The position numbers and the translations under genes are program-made. From assembly GCA_963934255.1 (NCBI GenBank), contig CAWVXU010000056.1, positions 1-18,430 on the forward strand: a DNA stretch of 18,430 nt, written 5' to 3'. Below, piece by piece: positions 8,843-17,792 of this stretch. Below the pieces are notes generated by a model. It worked only from the letters and a program-made list of their open reading frames with translations. It made no database searches and was not told where the DNA came from. Position 1 is the stretch's first letter, and each line of letters begins with the position of its first letter. Source of the DNA: an uncultured Fibrobacterales bacterium (lineage in GTDB: Bacteria > Fibrobacterota > Fibrobacteria > Fibrobacterales > CAWVXU01).

Positions 8843-10422
8843 ATCGAATCATTGTTATTCCGGCAGTTAAAAAAGATGTGGCTTTTGATAATGATTTAGT
8901 CAAAAGAATTGCCGGTGTAATGCTGATTCAACGTGCACTAGATTTAGCCTGTACAATTGAGCTGAAAGAAAATATTTGGGTTATTACTGACTCGCAAGAA
9001 ATTGAATTGTTGTGCCAGCGACAAGGAATTTCATGCTATAGAGATTCAATGTTGAAATTAAAAGAGGATGTAATTAAGAATTTAGAGGATATAATCAGTG
9101 GATTACCCTCAAGTGAACACTTAATGCTTCTCTGGCCTTATTGTCCTTTAATAAAAAAAGATACTATTCTTAAAGCTTGGGGTCACTATTTAAAAAGTGG
9201 TGAACACCCAACTATTTCTGTAAGAAAAGTAAAAGTGGATGGTATGGAATCTCCAAAGGGAATTATACAGCTAAGCGATGCTAAGCAATATTACAGAATT
9301 ATGAGAGCTTTTATATTAATCCCTCGAAAAGTAATAAGCAAAGGTCAGGAATCATATCATCCATATGTAATTCATCAACCTTATGCTGAAATAGCTTCTT
9401 TTCATGACTGGTGGGTGGTTGAAAAATTAATAGAAAGAAAAAGAATCTTATTTAGAGTGATAGGGAGTAATAAAATTGGCATGGGTCATATTTATCGTTC
9501 TTTAACCTTAGCTCATGAAGTCACCAACCACGAAGTATTGTTTTTATGTGATAGCGATTCAGATGTAGCCTTAAATAAAATTGCGGGTTATGATTATTAT
9601 TTGAAAAGTTGTTCAAAAGGTGAAGAGATTAAAAATATTCTTGATTTACATCCAGATCTAGTTATTAATGATATTCTAAATACACAAAAAGAAGAAATTT
9701 TGGCTTTGCAAAATGCTAACATAAAAGTGGTCAACTTCGAAGATCTTGGAGAGGGAGCTCAGTTTGCTGATTTAGTGGTAAATGAGTTATATGATCAACC
9801 ACAATACTCTGGAGACCATGTTTGCTGGGGACACCAGTACTCTTTTCTACGGGACGAATTCGTAGGGGCAAAGGTGCACTCATTCCGCGAGAATGTGGGG
9901 AATGTTTTATTAACCTTCGGTGGAAGTGACCCAAGTAATTTAACCTTACGAGTATTAAAAAAAATCACTAATTTTTCTATTCAAAACAAATTAAATGTGA
10001 ATATTGTTTGCGGAACAGGCTATTTATACAAGGAAGAATTAACTTTTTATTTAACCCAAATGAATTACTCTGGCTTTAATTGTACTTTCGAAACAGGCGT
10101 TATTTCAAGAATAATGGAAACTACAGAAGTTGCAATATCTTCAAATGGTAGGACGACTTATGAGTTAGCTCATATGAATATTCCTGCAATTATCTTGGCA
10201 CACCACCCGAGAGAACACACACATCGTTTTACTGTAGAGGAAAATGGCTTTATCAACTTGGGAGTTTATGATGAGCTACAGGATAAAAACAAAGTGGTTC
10301 AACATCTAGAAGAATTAGTTTGCAATACATCGGTGCGTAAGAGCTTATATCAATCTATGGAATCATTTAACTTTTTACAAAATAAAGATAAAGTGATTCA
10401 AAAAATTCTAAGTCTTCTATGA
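8839..10422 (+). CDS. Fusion of a degenerate NeuA/PseF-like cytidylyltransferase domain with a PseG/SpsG-like GT-B NDP-sugar hydrolase domain
   Basis: N-terminal IVIPA...IAGVMLIQRAL...VITDS.EI...LWPYCPL...EIASFHDW (CTP_transf_3-like fold). From ~9440: ILFRV.G...IGMGHIYRSL.LA, LRDEF, LLTFGGSDP, ISSNGRTTYELA...IP. Start at GTG 8839 (GTGA overlap). Confidence 0.8.
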   Translation: MNRIIVIPAVKKDVAFDNDLVKRIAGVMLIQRALDLACTIELKENIWVITDSQEIELLCQRQGISCYRDSMLKLKEDVIKNLEDIISGLPSSEHLMLLWPYCPLIKKDTILKAWGHYLKSGEHPTISVRKVKVDGMESPKGIIQLSDAKQYYRIMRAFILIPRKVISKGQESYHPYVIHQPYAEIASFHDWWVVEKLIERKRILFRVIGSNKIGMGHIYRSLTLAHEVTNHEVLFLCDSDSDVALNKIAGYDYYLKSCSKGEEIKNILDLHPDLVINDILNTQKEEILALQNANIKVVNFEDLGEGAQFADLVVNELYDQPQYSGDHVCWGHQYSFLRDEFVGAKVHSFRENVGNVLLTFGGSDPSNLTLRVLKKITNFSIQNKLNVNIVCGTGYLYKEELTFYLTQMNYSGFNCTFETGVISRIMETTEVAISSNGRTTYELAHMNIPAIILAHHPREHTHRFTVEENGFINLGVYDELQDKNKVVQHLEELVCNTSVRKSLYQSMESFNFLQNKDKVIQKILSLL

Positions 10423-11126
10423 AACACGAAGAAAAAGTTTGGATTATCATACAGGCGAGACTAGGATCTACCCGCTTAAAAAATAAAATGCTATTGCACT
10501 TTAAAGGACAATCTATACTTAGCTGGTCTATTCAACGTTTAATGAAATGTAAAAATGTAGAAGGTGTTGCAATTGCGATACCAAATAATGAATTAGACGC
10601 AAAGGTACTAGCACAATGCATCCCCCAAGAAGTCCGTATCTTTCAAGGGTCTTCAGAAGATTTATGTGAACGCTATTATCATGCCGCTAAAGAATTAGCT
10701 TGTACACAAGTAGTCCGTGTTTGTGCTGATAATCCATTAATTTGCCCAGAATTAGTGGATGAATTAATTGAATTTCATTTAAAAAACTCAGTTGACTATA
10801 GTTGGAATCACATCCCTTTAAATAATCAATTTCCAGATGGACTTGGGGCGGAGATAACAAGTTTCCAAACATTAGAGTGGATTTTTTCAAATGCAAAAGG
10901 TGCGCAACGAGAACATTTGTTCAATGTGCTTCGAGAAAATAAAACATTATTTCATTTCGGAACTTATAACCCAAAAGATTCCAAACTTTGCCGTCCCGAG
11001 TTGAAATTTGACATTGATACATGGGACGATTATATCTATCTAAATAAATTTAACTTTAATGTCACCATGAATGCACGCGAGATAATTCATGAGGTAGACT
11101 CTTATGTAAATGCAGGTAAAAAATGA
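10419..11126 (+). CDS. SpsF-like cytidylyltransferase (candidate CMP-nonulosonate synthetase)
   Basis: IIIQARLGSTRLKNKML, GSSEDL..RY, VVRVCADNPLI.P, PDGLGAE, REH, DIDTWDD. Confidence 0.88.
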   Translation: MKHEEKVWIIIQARLGSTRLKNKMLLHFKGQSILSWSIQRLMKCKNVEGVAIAIPNNELDAKVLAQCIPQEVRIFQGSSEDLCERYYHAAKELACTQVVRVCADNPLICPELVDELIEFHLKNSVDYSWNHIPLNNQFPDGLGAEITSFQTLEWIFSNAKGAQREHLFNVLRENKTLFHFGTYNPKDSKLCRPELKFDIDTWDDYIYLNKFNFNVTMNAREIIHEVDSYVNAGKK

Positions 11127-12178
11127 ATCTAAATGAATATTTCCAAACACCTAGGAATAAATTTCCAGTGAAACACCCCGTCATTATAGCAGAAGCGGGT
11201 GTGAATCATGAGGGCTCAATGGATACTGCGAAACGATTGATAGATGAAGCCAAATTAGGTGGAGCTGATGCAATTAAATTTCAAACCTACAAAGCCTCAA
11301 CTATTGCCTCTAAAGATTCACCTTCTTATTGGGACCTAAACCAAGAGCCTACAACGTCCCAATATGAACTATTTAAGAAGCATGATAAATTTTGGAAAAA
11401 AGAGTATGAAGAATTAGCACGTTATTGTGAAGATGCGGATATAGAATTTATGAGTACTCCTTTTGATGTCGAATCGGTTGAGTTCTTAAACCCTCTGATG
11501 TCTAGTTTCAAAGTTTCTTCATCTGATATCACAAATAGACCGATGATTGAAAAAATGGCAGCGTATGGGAAACCTATGATAGTATCTACTGGAGCAAGTT
11601 TTCTCTATGAAGTACAAGAAGCTGTATCGTGGATAGAGGAATATGAGGTACCCATCTGCCTTTTACATTGTGTATTAAACTACCCCACTCCTGATGAGCA
11701 AGCAAATCTTGGTGGAATATTGTCTCTACGGGAAAGATTCCCTGATATTAGAGTTGGATATTCTGATCACACTTTGCCTAAGGATATGAAAACCTTGCAG
11801 GCCGCATCCTTATTAGGAGCTAGCCTAATAGAAAAACATTTCACTCATGATAAGAGTTTACCTGGCAATGACCATTACCATGCAATGGATTATAAAGATT
11901 TGCAAAAATTCAGAAATGATTGGTCTCATACAATGGCCTTATTGGGAGAAAATCAAATTGTTAGTTCTCCTAAGGAAGAAATAGCAAGACTTAATGCTCG
12001 CCGAAGCTTGGTAATCACAAAGGATTTACCCAAAGGACATAAATTATCCAAGGAAGATTTAACTTGGAAACGACCTGCCTCAGGTATCTCTCCAAGAAAC
12101 TACCATGAAGTTTTAGGTATGACTTTAACTCAGGGCCTATTGGAAGATACTGTCTTAAAGTGGGGATATTTAGAATAA
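11123..12178 (+). CDS. neuB: NeuB-family nonulosonic acid synthase with C-terminal SAF domain
   Basis: IIAEAGVNHEGS, ADAIKFQTY, STPFD, KVSSSD, STGAS, LHCVLNYP, GYSDHT, IEKHFT; C-terminal ARRSL...KRPASGISP. Which nonulosonate it makes cannot be determined from motifs. Confidence 0.95.
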   Translation: MNLNEYFQTPRNKFPVKHPVIIAEAGVNHEGSMDTAKRLIDEAKLGGADAIKFQTYKASTIASKDSPSYWDLNQEPTTSQYELFKKHDKFWKKEYEELARYCEDADIEFMSTPFDVESVEFLNPLMSSFKVSSSDITNRPMIEKMAAYGKPMIVSTGASFLYEVQEAVSWIEEYEVPICLLHCVLNYPTPDEQANLGGILSLRERFPDIRVGYSDHTLPKDMKTLQAASLLGASLIEKHFTHDKSLPGNDHYHAMDYKDLQKFRNDWSHTMALLGENQIVSSPKEEIARLNARRSLVITKDLPKGHKLSKEDLTWKRPASGISPRNYHEVLGMTLTQGLLEDTVLKWGYLE

Positions 12179-13497
12179 TGAGTTCTAAAAAGAAGTTGTC
12201 TTTACAAACAGGCGAAGACTTAAAGGGATGTCTTGAAAGACTATTTCCATTAAGAAGGTGTCTTTCGGGTCCAGATAATCAGCTTACCTTAGAGATTTTA
12301 AGAGAATACATTCCTCAACTTGAAATAAAAAACTTTAAGATACATGAAAAAGTTTGGGATTGGAAAATCCCGGAATATTGGACTTTACACGAAGCCAAAA
12401 TTCTAGATACTCAAGGTAATTTAGTGTTTGATGGTATGGATCATACCTTGAAGGTAGTTAGCCATTCTAATTCTTTTTCTGGTAAAATTAGTGGTCAATA
12501 TTTAAGAAATAAAATACACACGCATGAAAAATTAATTGAGGCGATTCCTTATCGAACCTATTATTATAAGGACGATTGGGGATTTTGTACATCTCAAAGT
12601 GATATAGAATCATGGCTTAGAGATGAAGATGATTACTTGGTGGAGTTAAAAACCAGTCATGAAGCAAAGGACATGCCTTATGGTGAGATTACTTTCCCGG
12701 GTACTTCAGATGAAGAAATATTAGTCTCAACATACATTTGTCACCCTAGTATGGCTAATGATAATTTAAGTGGTGTTGTAATGACATCAGCACTAGCTCA
12801 ATTTTTAGCGCAAAAGAAAACTCTAAAATATACTTGGAAACTAATATGGGTCCCTGAAACAATAGGGGCGTTAGCTTGGTCTTACTATAACCAAAGTCAC
12901 TGGCATAAAATACAAGCTGCTATAATAATGAGTACATGTGCAGGTCCAGGAGAATTCACATATAAAGCACCATTTAAAGAGAACCATTGGCTAGAAACAA
13001 CACTTTGTAAAACAATGGATGAAAATGCTTATAAGTATCAAAAATATAAATTTGATCCTCATGGTAGTGATGAACGACAATACTCTGCACCAGGGTTAAG
13101 AGTTCCAAGTTGTTCTTTACATCAAAGTAAATACTATGACTATGCGGAGTATCACAGCTCTTTAGATAATCTAGAGAATGTCAGTGCTTCTCAACTTGAG
13201 CGCTCATTAAAAGTTCACCAAAAATGGGTTGAATCCATTGAGTCTGAACGTTTCCCAAAACGAAAAGAAACTATCAGTGGAGAGTATATGCTGGGGCCTA
13301 GAAATTTGTACTCAACAGACGGAGGTACATTTTTACCAGGTACAAACCTAAGTGCTTTAGATCTACGATTATGGATATTGTTTTATTGTGATGGATCCTT
13401 TAGTCTATCTCAGATCGCTCAAACTCTCCAAATGCAAAAATCTTTAGTTGAAGCTGAAGTTGAATTTTTAATAAACGAAGGTATGTTAGATGCCTAA
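12178..13497 (+). CDS. DUF4910-family M28 aminopeptidase-like protein with DUF2172 insert and C-terminal winged helix (Cj1295-like)
   Basis: LFPLRRCLSG, VWDWKIP..W, AIPYRTYYY..DWGFC, STYICHPSMANDNLSG, PETIGA, GSDERQY, EYHSSLD; C-terminal WILFYCDG..SL..IA. Start at ATG 12178 (TAATG overlap). Confidence 0.85.
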   Translation: MSSKKKLSLQTGEDLKGCLERLFPLRRCLSGPDNQLTLEILREYIPQLEIKNFKIHEKVWDWKIPEYWTLHEAKILDTQGNLVFDGMDHTLKVVSHSNSFSGKISGQYLRNKIHTHEKLIEAIPYRTYYYKDDWGFCTSQSDIESWLRDEDDYLVELKTSHEAKDMPYGEITFPGTSDEEILVSTYICHPSMANDNLSGVVMTSALAQFLAQKKTLKYTWKLIWVPETIGALAWSYYNQSHWHKIQAAIIMSTCAGPGEFTYKAPFKENHWLETTLCKTMDENAYKYQKYKFDPHGSDERQYSAPGLRVPSCSLHQSKYYDYAEYHSSLDNLENVSASQLERSLKVHQKWVESIESERFPKRKETISGEYMLGPRNLYSTDGGTFLPGTNLSALDLRLWILFYCDGSFSLSQIAQTLQMQKSLVEAEVEFLINEGMLDA

Positions 13498-14473
13498 TTT
13501 TCGAATCAACAAAGTAGAGCCTAGTCAGTGGGATGAACTTGTCAATCAAAGTGAGCAAGGCACAGTTTTTACATCTACCTTTTACCTTGATGCTTTAAAT
13601 ATTCAATACCAAGCTATGGGTGTTTATCGAGGAGATGAATTAACTGGAGGATTATTGTTATTAGACTTAGATGATTCTAAAGAACTTCAGTTACATGATT
13701 TAATTATCCACGGAGGGATTCTTTTCAGAACTACTTCAGGTCTCAAGAAGGCAAAAAGAAATAGTCATGAATATGAAATGAACTGTTTTGTTGTAGAGTG
13801 GTTAACCAAAGAATACCAATCAATTACGATCGCTTTTTCACCTGAGTATAAAGATACTAGAGCGTTTTTGTGGCATGAATACCACAATCCAAACCCTGAG
13901 GCAAAGTTTAAAGTAGATCTAAGATATACCTCTCGATTAGATATTTCTGATTTGGAAGAAAATCAAGATAACTGCCCAATTTGGAAGAACCTCGACATTT
14001 TACGTAAGAGGCACATGAAACAAGCAAAAAGAGAGAGTGCCACTTTTCACGTTGAACCTGATTCTATAGAAAAGTTATTACAGTTTTACAGAGAACTAAT
14101 GAAAAGTCAAGGAATTGAAATAAATACCGATAAAATAGATAGTATGCGAAATTTAATGCAAAAAGCGATTGAGAAAAGTCAAGGAATTTTGACAACCACA
14201 AGAGATCACTTAGGAAATCTTCTTTATACCACATTTTGGGTGTGGGATCAACGTCGCGCGTATTATCTGTTTGGGGCGGGATCAGTCGAGCATAAAGCTA
14301 ATTACCAAGGCACGCATTGTTTTTGGAACAGCTTCTTTTATTTGAAACAAAATTATCAGGTCAATAGTATTGATTTTGAGGGTGTGAATAGCCCAAAGAG
14401 AGGCGTATACAAAATGAGTTTTGGTGGTGATTTAGTTTCCTATTATGAGATATACAAAGGTAAACAGAAGTGA
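13490..14473 (+). CDS. GNAT/FemAB-like tandem-fold acyltransferase
   Basis: WDELV..S.QGTVF, AYYLFGAG, IDFEGVNSPKRGVYKMSFGG.L: a pattern typical of Acetyltransf_6/FemAB-like proteins in glycan loci. Confidence 0.78.
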   Translation: MPNFRINKVEPSQWDELVNQSEQGTVFTSTFYLDALNIQYQAMGVYRGDELTGGLLLLDLDDSKELQLHDLIIHGGILFRTTSGLKKAKRNSHEYEMNCFVVEWLTKEYQSITIAFSPEYKDTRAFLWHEYHNPNPEAKFKVDLRYTSRLDISDLEENQDNCPIWKNLDILRKRHMKQAKRESATFHVEPDSIEKLLQFYRELMKSQGIEINTDKIDSMRNLMQKAIEKSQGILTTTRDHLGNLLYTTFWVWDQRRAYYLFGAGSVEHKANYQGTHCFWNSFFYLKQNYQVNSIDFEGVNSPKRGVYKMSFGGDLVSYYEIYKGKQK

Positions 14474-16227
14474 AAATATTATCAATTTATTGGGGAATTT
14501 GTTCCAGTGTTTCATTAGCAATAGATGGAGTTGTGGTGGCAGCAACTCACGAAGAAAGATTTAGTCGTAAAAAAAATGACGATGCTTTCCCTAGATTAGC
14601 CATAGATGATTGTTTGAAAAGGTTCAATCTTCAGGGGTCAGATTTGGATTATGTAGTAGTTTGTTCTAAACATCAGGATAGATTTCACCAATGGACGCGT
14701 CCAGCACTTTGGAATATTAAAGATTATATCTATGAACAAAAATACTATTGGCTACCAAATTTATTAGAAGGTAAAGAACTAGATTATAATAAAATCATGT
14801 CGCACAAATGCGACTCTAGCCAATATCCAACTGAGTATTGGAGTCTATCTCCAAGGGATGAGTCTATAGATTACGCAACAGACCGAGGTAAAATTTTAGC
14901 GGCCTATCTAAATATTTCCTATAAAAAAGTGAAATACCAGGAACATCATCATGGTCATGCCTTGTATTCCTACCTAGCTTCAGGTTGGAAAAATAAAGAA
15001 GTTTTAGCTTTAACTGTTGATGGCCAAGGAGATGGGTTAAATGCAACTATCTCAAAATTTGATAAAAATGGAAACCATGAAAGAATTTATGCAACTAATC
15101 AATGTAGTATAGCTCGAATATATAGATACATGACATTGTTACTTGGTATGAAACCTAATGAACATGAGTTTAAGGTCATGGGTCTTGCACCCTATGGAAA
15201 ACCCAAATACTCAATGGAAGCATACAATGTCTTTGCTGAAACCTTAGATGTTGAAGGTATCGAGTTTGTTTGGAAAATCAAACCTACAGATAGCTACCAG
15301 TGGTTTAAAGAGAGGCTTGAGGGAATTCGGTTTGACAGTATTGCATGGGGCTTACAAAAATGGGTAGAAGAGCTCTTATGTAAATGGGTAGCCAATGCAA
15401 TTTCCCACACCAAAATCCAGGATGTTGTAATTGCAGGTGGTGTAGCGATGAATATTAAAGCAATGGGGGAGGTCGCTAAAATAGAAAGTTTACAAAATCT
15501 ATTTGTAGGTGGATCAGCTAGCGACGAATCGCTAGTGTTAAGTGCTCCCTTTAGCTTCGAGGATAGTGAAATTTCAAGTCTAGCCCCGATAAACCATTTG
15601 TATCTAGGGCCAAATCATTCAGAGGCAGATGAAAACGAAGCGTTAGCTACGCTTGATTTAGAAAAATATACCATCGAATATGGAAATGAAAATCCAGAAC
15701 GTATTGCACAACTTTTAGTAGAAGGTAAAATTCTTGCACGTAGTGTTGGGCACATGGAATTTGGACAAAGAGCTTTAGGCAATAGAAGTATCTTAGCTGA
15801 TCCAACTTTGCCGCATGTAAAAGAGACTATCAATGCGATGGTTAAAAATCGTGATTTTTGGATGCCTTTTGCGCCAATGGTATTACCGCAGTATGCTGAT
15901 AAATACTTAATAAACCCCAAAGGTCTAAGGTCACCCTATATGACAATTGGTTTTGAAACTACTTCACTTGGATTTGAATCTATGCGATCTGCTTGTCATC
16001 CATCTGATCATAGTGCAAGACCTCAAATCATAGAGAATAACCCTGAATTAATTGAAATTTTAGAAGCCTTTGAAACGTTATCAGGTCGTGGTGCGTTATT
16101 AAATACAAGCTTCAATCTTCATGGATTCCCTATAGTGAATACAGCTCTAGAAGCTTTGTATGTTTTAGATAATTCTGGACTAAATGGTTTAATTTTAAAT
16201 CATGCTTTAGTTATTAAAAAAGGATGA
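14470..16227 (+). CDS. NodU/CmcH/TobZ-family carbamoyltransferase
   Basis: EERFSRKK, EHHHGHA, TVDGQGD, EFKVMGLAPYG, AGGVAMN, MEFGQRALGNRSILADP, VKNRDFWMPFAP, H..D.SARPQ, LLNTSFNLHGFPIV. Confidence 0.95.
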   Translation: MKILSIYWGICSSVSLAIDGVVVAATHEERFSRKKNDDAFPRLAIDDCLKRFNLQGSDLDYVVVCSKHQDRFHQWTRPALWNIKDYIYEQKYYWLPNLLEGKELDYNKIMSHKCDSSQYPTEYWSLSPRDESIDYATDRGKILAAYLNISYKKVKYQEHHHGHALYSYLASGWKNKEVLALTVDGQGDGLNATISKFDKNGNHERIYATNQCSIARIYRYMTLLLGMKPNEHEFKVMGLAPYGKPKYSMEAYNVFAETLDVEGIEFVWKIKPTDSYQWFKERLEGIRFDSIAWGLQKWVEELLCKWVANAISHTKIQDVVIAGGVAMNIKAMGEVAKIESLQNLFVGGSASDESLVLSAPFSFEDSEISSLAPINHLYLGPNHSEADENEALATLDLEKYTIEYGNENPERIAQLLVEGKILARSVGHMEFGQRALGNRSILADPTLPHVKETINAMVKNRDFWMPFAPMVLPQYADKYLINPKGLRSPYMTIGFETTSLGFESMRSACHPSDHSARPQIIENNPELIEILEAFETLSGRGALLNTSFNLHGFPIVNTALEALYVLDNSGLNGLILNHALVIKKG

Positions 16228-16231
16228 ACCA

Positions 16232-17053
16232 TTGAGCTGGATTGTTGAGTATAAACAAAATGGATATTACAGTCACAAAAATTCTGTAAATTCTTTGGTA
16301 TTAAAAATTCAAGAAAGAATTGCTCAAATTTTTGATACCAAAATTGAAGAATTAGATAAATCGGCTTTAGCAGAAAACTTAAATCAACGAATTAGAACAA
16401 ATCCAGAATTAAGAAATGAATTTTATCAAGAATTACAGCAGATTCCTGACTTACAAGAGCTACCTAAAACGGGAGTAGTTCAAAAAATTCTAGAGAATTT
16501 AAGTTTTCAAGAGGCTAAACTATGCGAATTAAAAACCCAAATTTACTTCCCTTGGGAGGCGTGTTTTTTTCAAGGGTGGCATCAGGATATCAACACTTTT
16601 GGTAAAACCAAAAGTGTTACCATGTGGGTTCCAATAACTATTTCACAGCACAAATCTGCAGTAAAGTTTTTATCTGGTAGTCATTTGTTAGGGCCTGTAG
16701 TACATCAAGCACATGAAGACCCTATAAAGGGTATTTGGCATGCGCAGTTGCCTAATCAAGAAAGCTATTTAACTAAAAAAGTTGAAAGCTTAGAGTCTCT
16801 CCCTGGCGATATTGTTTGTTTAAACCGCCTAGTACATCATACGAGTCCTAAGCAAGAAGAGCAAAACTCGCTACGTTTAATTGTAGTGATGAGATTTGAC
16901 TCAAATAATCCTGAACATCAATATACCAAGGTACTAGCCAAAGAAACATATAGTCCATATTCGATGGAATATTATCAAACAAATATCATTCCTCAAGTAA
17001 GAAACTATTTATTAAAAGCGCCTCCAGTTTGGTCGGCACCAATAAGGATCTAA
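16232..17053 (+). CDS. PhyH-family Fe(II)/2-oxoglutarate dioxygenase
   Basis: WHQD (HxD), VTMWVPI, FLSGSH, PGDIV...LVHH (distal His), downstream R. TTG start with AAAGGA just upstream. Confidence 0.82.
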   Translation: MSWIVEYKQNGYYSHKNSVNSLVLKIQERIAQIFDTKIEELDKSALAENLNQRIRTNPELRNEFYQELQQIPDLQELPKTGVVQKILENLSFQEAKLCELKTQIYFPWEACFFQGWHQDINTFGKTKSVTMWVPITISQHKSAVKFLSGSHLLGPVVHQAHEDPIKGIWHAQLPNQESYLTKKVESLESLPGDIVCLNRLVHHTSPKQEEQNSLRLIVVMRFDSNNPEHQYTKVLAKETYSPYSMEYYQTNIIPQVRNYLLKAPPVWSAPIRI

Positions 17054-17054
17054 A

Positions 17055-17768
17055 ATGTCAAATTCACTTTACGAAGAAAATATAGACGCATGTACTCTTG
17101 GTGAAACTGAGAAATTTCACCATTTTGCTCGATTTACTCCACGTCCAGTAGTTGCAAATTTTTTGAATAGATATGAGATTTTCAAACGAGTTACTGGGAT
17201 TCATGGCTCCATAGTAGAAGGTGGAGTTAACTTAGGCCAAGGCCTTTTTAGTTGGTTACATTTTTCGTCTATTCTAGAGCCATATAACCATAGTAGAAGG
17301 GTTATTGGATTTGATACCTTTGATGGCTTTACTCATGTCAATGATAAAGATCAAGGAGGACTATATGAGAACAATCAAGATTGGGTTGACTTTCGAAACA
17401 AGCAATCTATCCTCGAGTTAGAGACAAGCATCAAAGCACATGATAGTCAAAGGGTTTTATCACAAATCCCAAAAGTGGAAATAGTACAAGGGGATGCGAC
17501 AAAAACGATTCCATCGTATATTGAAAAGAACCCTCATATCATTGTGGCATTAATGCACATTGATTTTGATGTTTATGCTCCAACTAAAGCAGCATTAGAG
17601 TATTTTGTACCAAGGATGCCCAAGGGGGCAATCATAGCATTTGATGAAATTAATGATCCAAATGCTCCAGGAGAAACACTAGCTTTAATCGAATCAGTGG
17701 GTCTCAAAATTGGAAAATTAGAAAGACAAGCATTTGATTCTAATCTTTGTTTTGTCACAATTGATTAG
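17055..17768 (+). CDS. TylF/MycF/NovP-family O-methyltransferase
   Basis: GSIVEGGV..G, IGFDTFDGF, VQGD, ALMHIDFDVYAPT, GAIIAFDE, PGET. Confidence 0.88.
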   Translation: MSNSLYEENIDACTLGETEKFHHFARFTPRPVVANFLNRYEIFKRVTGIHGSIVEGGVNLGQGLFSWLHFSSILEPYNHSRRVIGFDTFDGFTHVNDKDQGGLYENNQDWVDFRNKQSILELETSIKAHDSQRVLSQIPKVEIVQGDATKTIPSYIEKNPHIIVALMHIDFDVYAPTKAALEYFVPRMPKGAIIAFDEINDPNAPGETLALIESVGLKIGKLERQAFDSNLCFVTID

Positions 17769-17792
17769 TACATAATTTAATGGGATGAGAAT

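Noticed and set aside
17769..17792. Promoter or terminator in the largest intergenic gap
   Set aside because: Only 24 bp with no hairpin. A CATAAT hexamer alone is not meaningful in AT-rich sequence.
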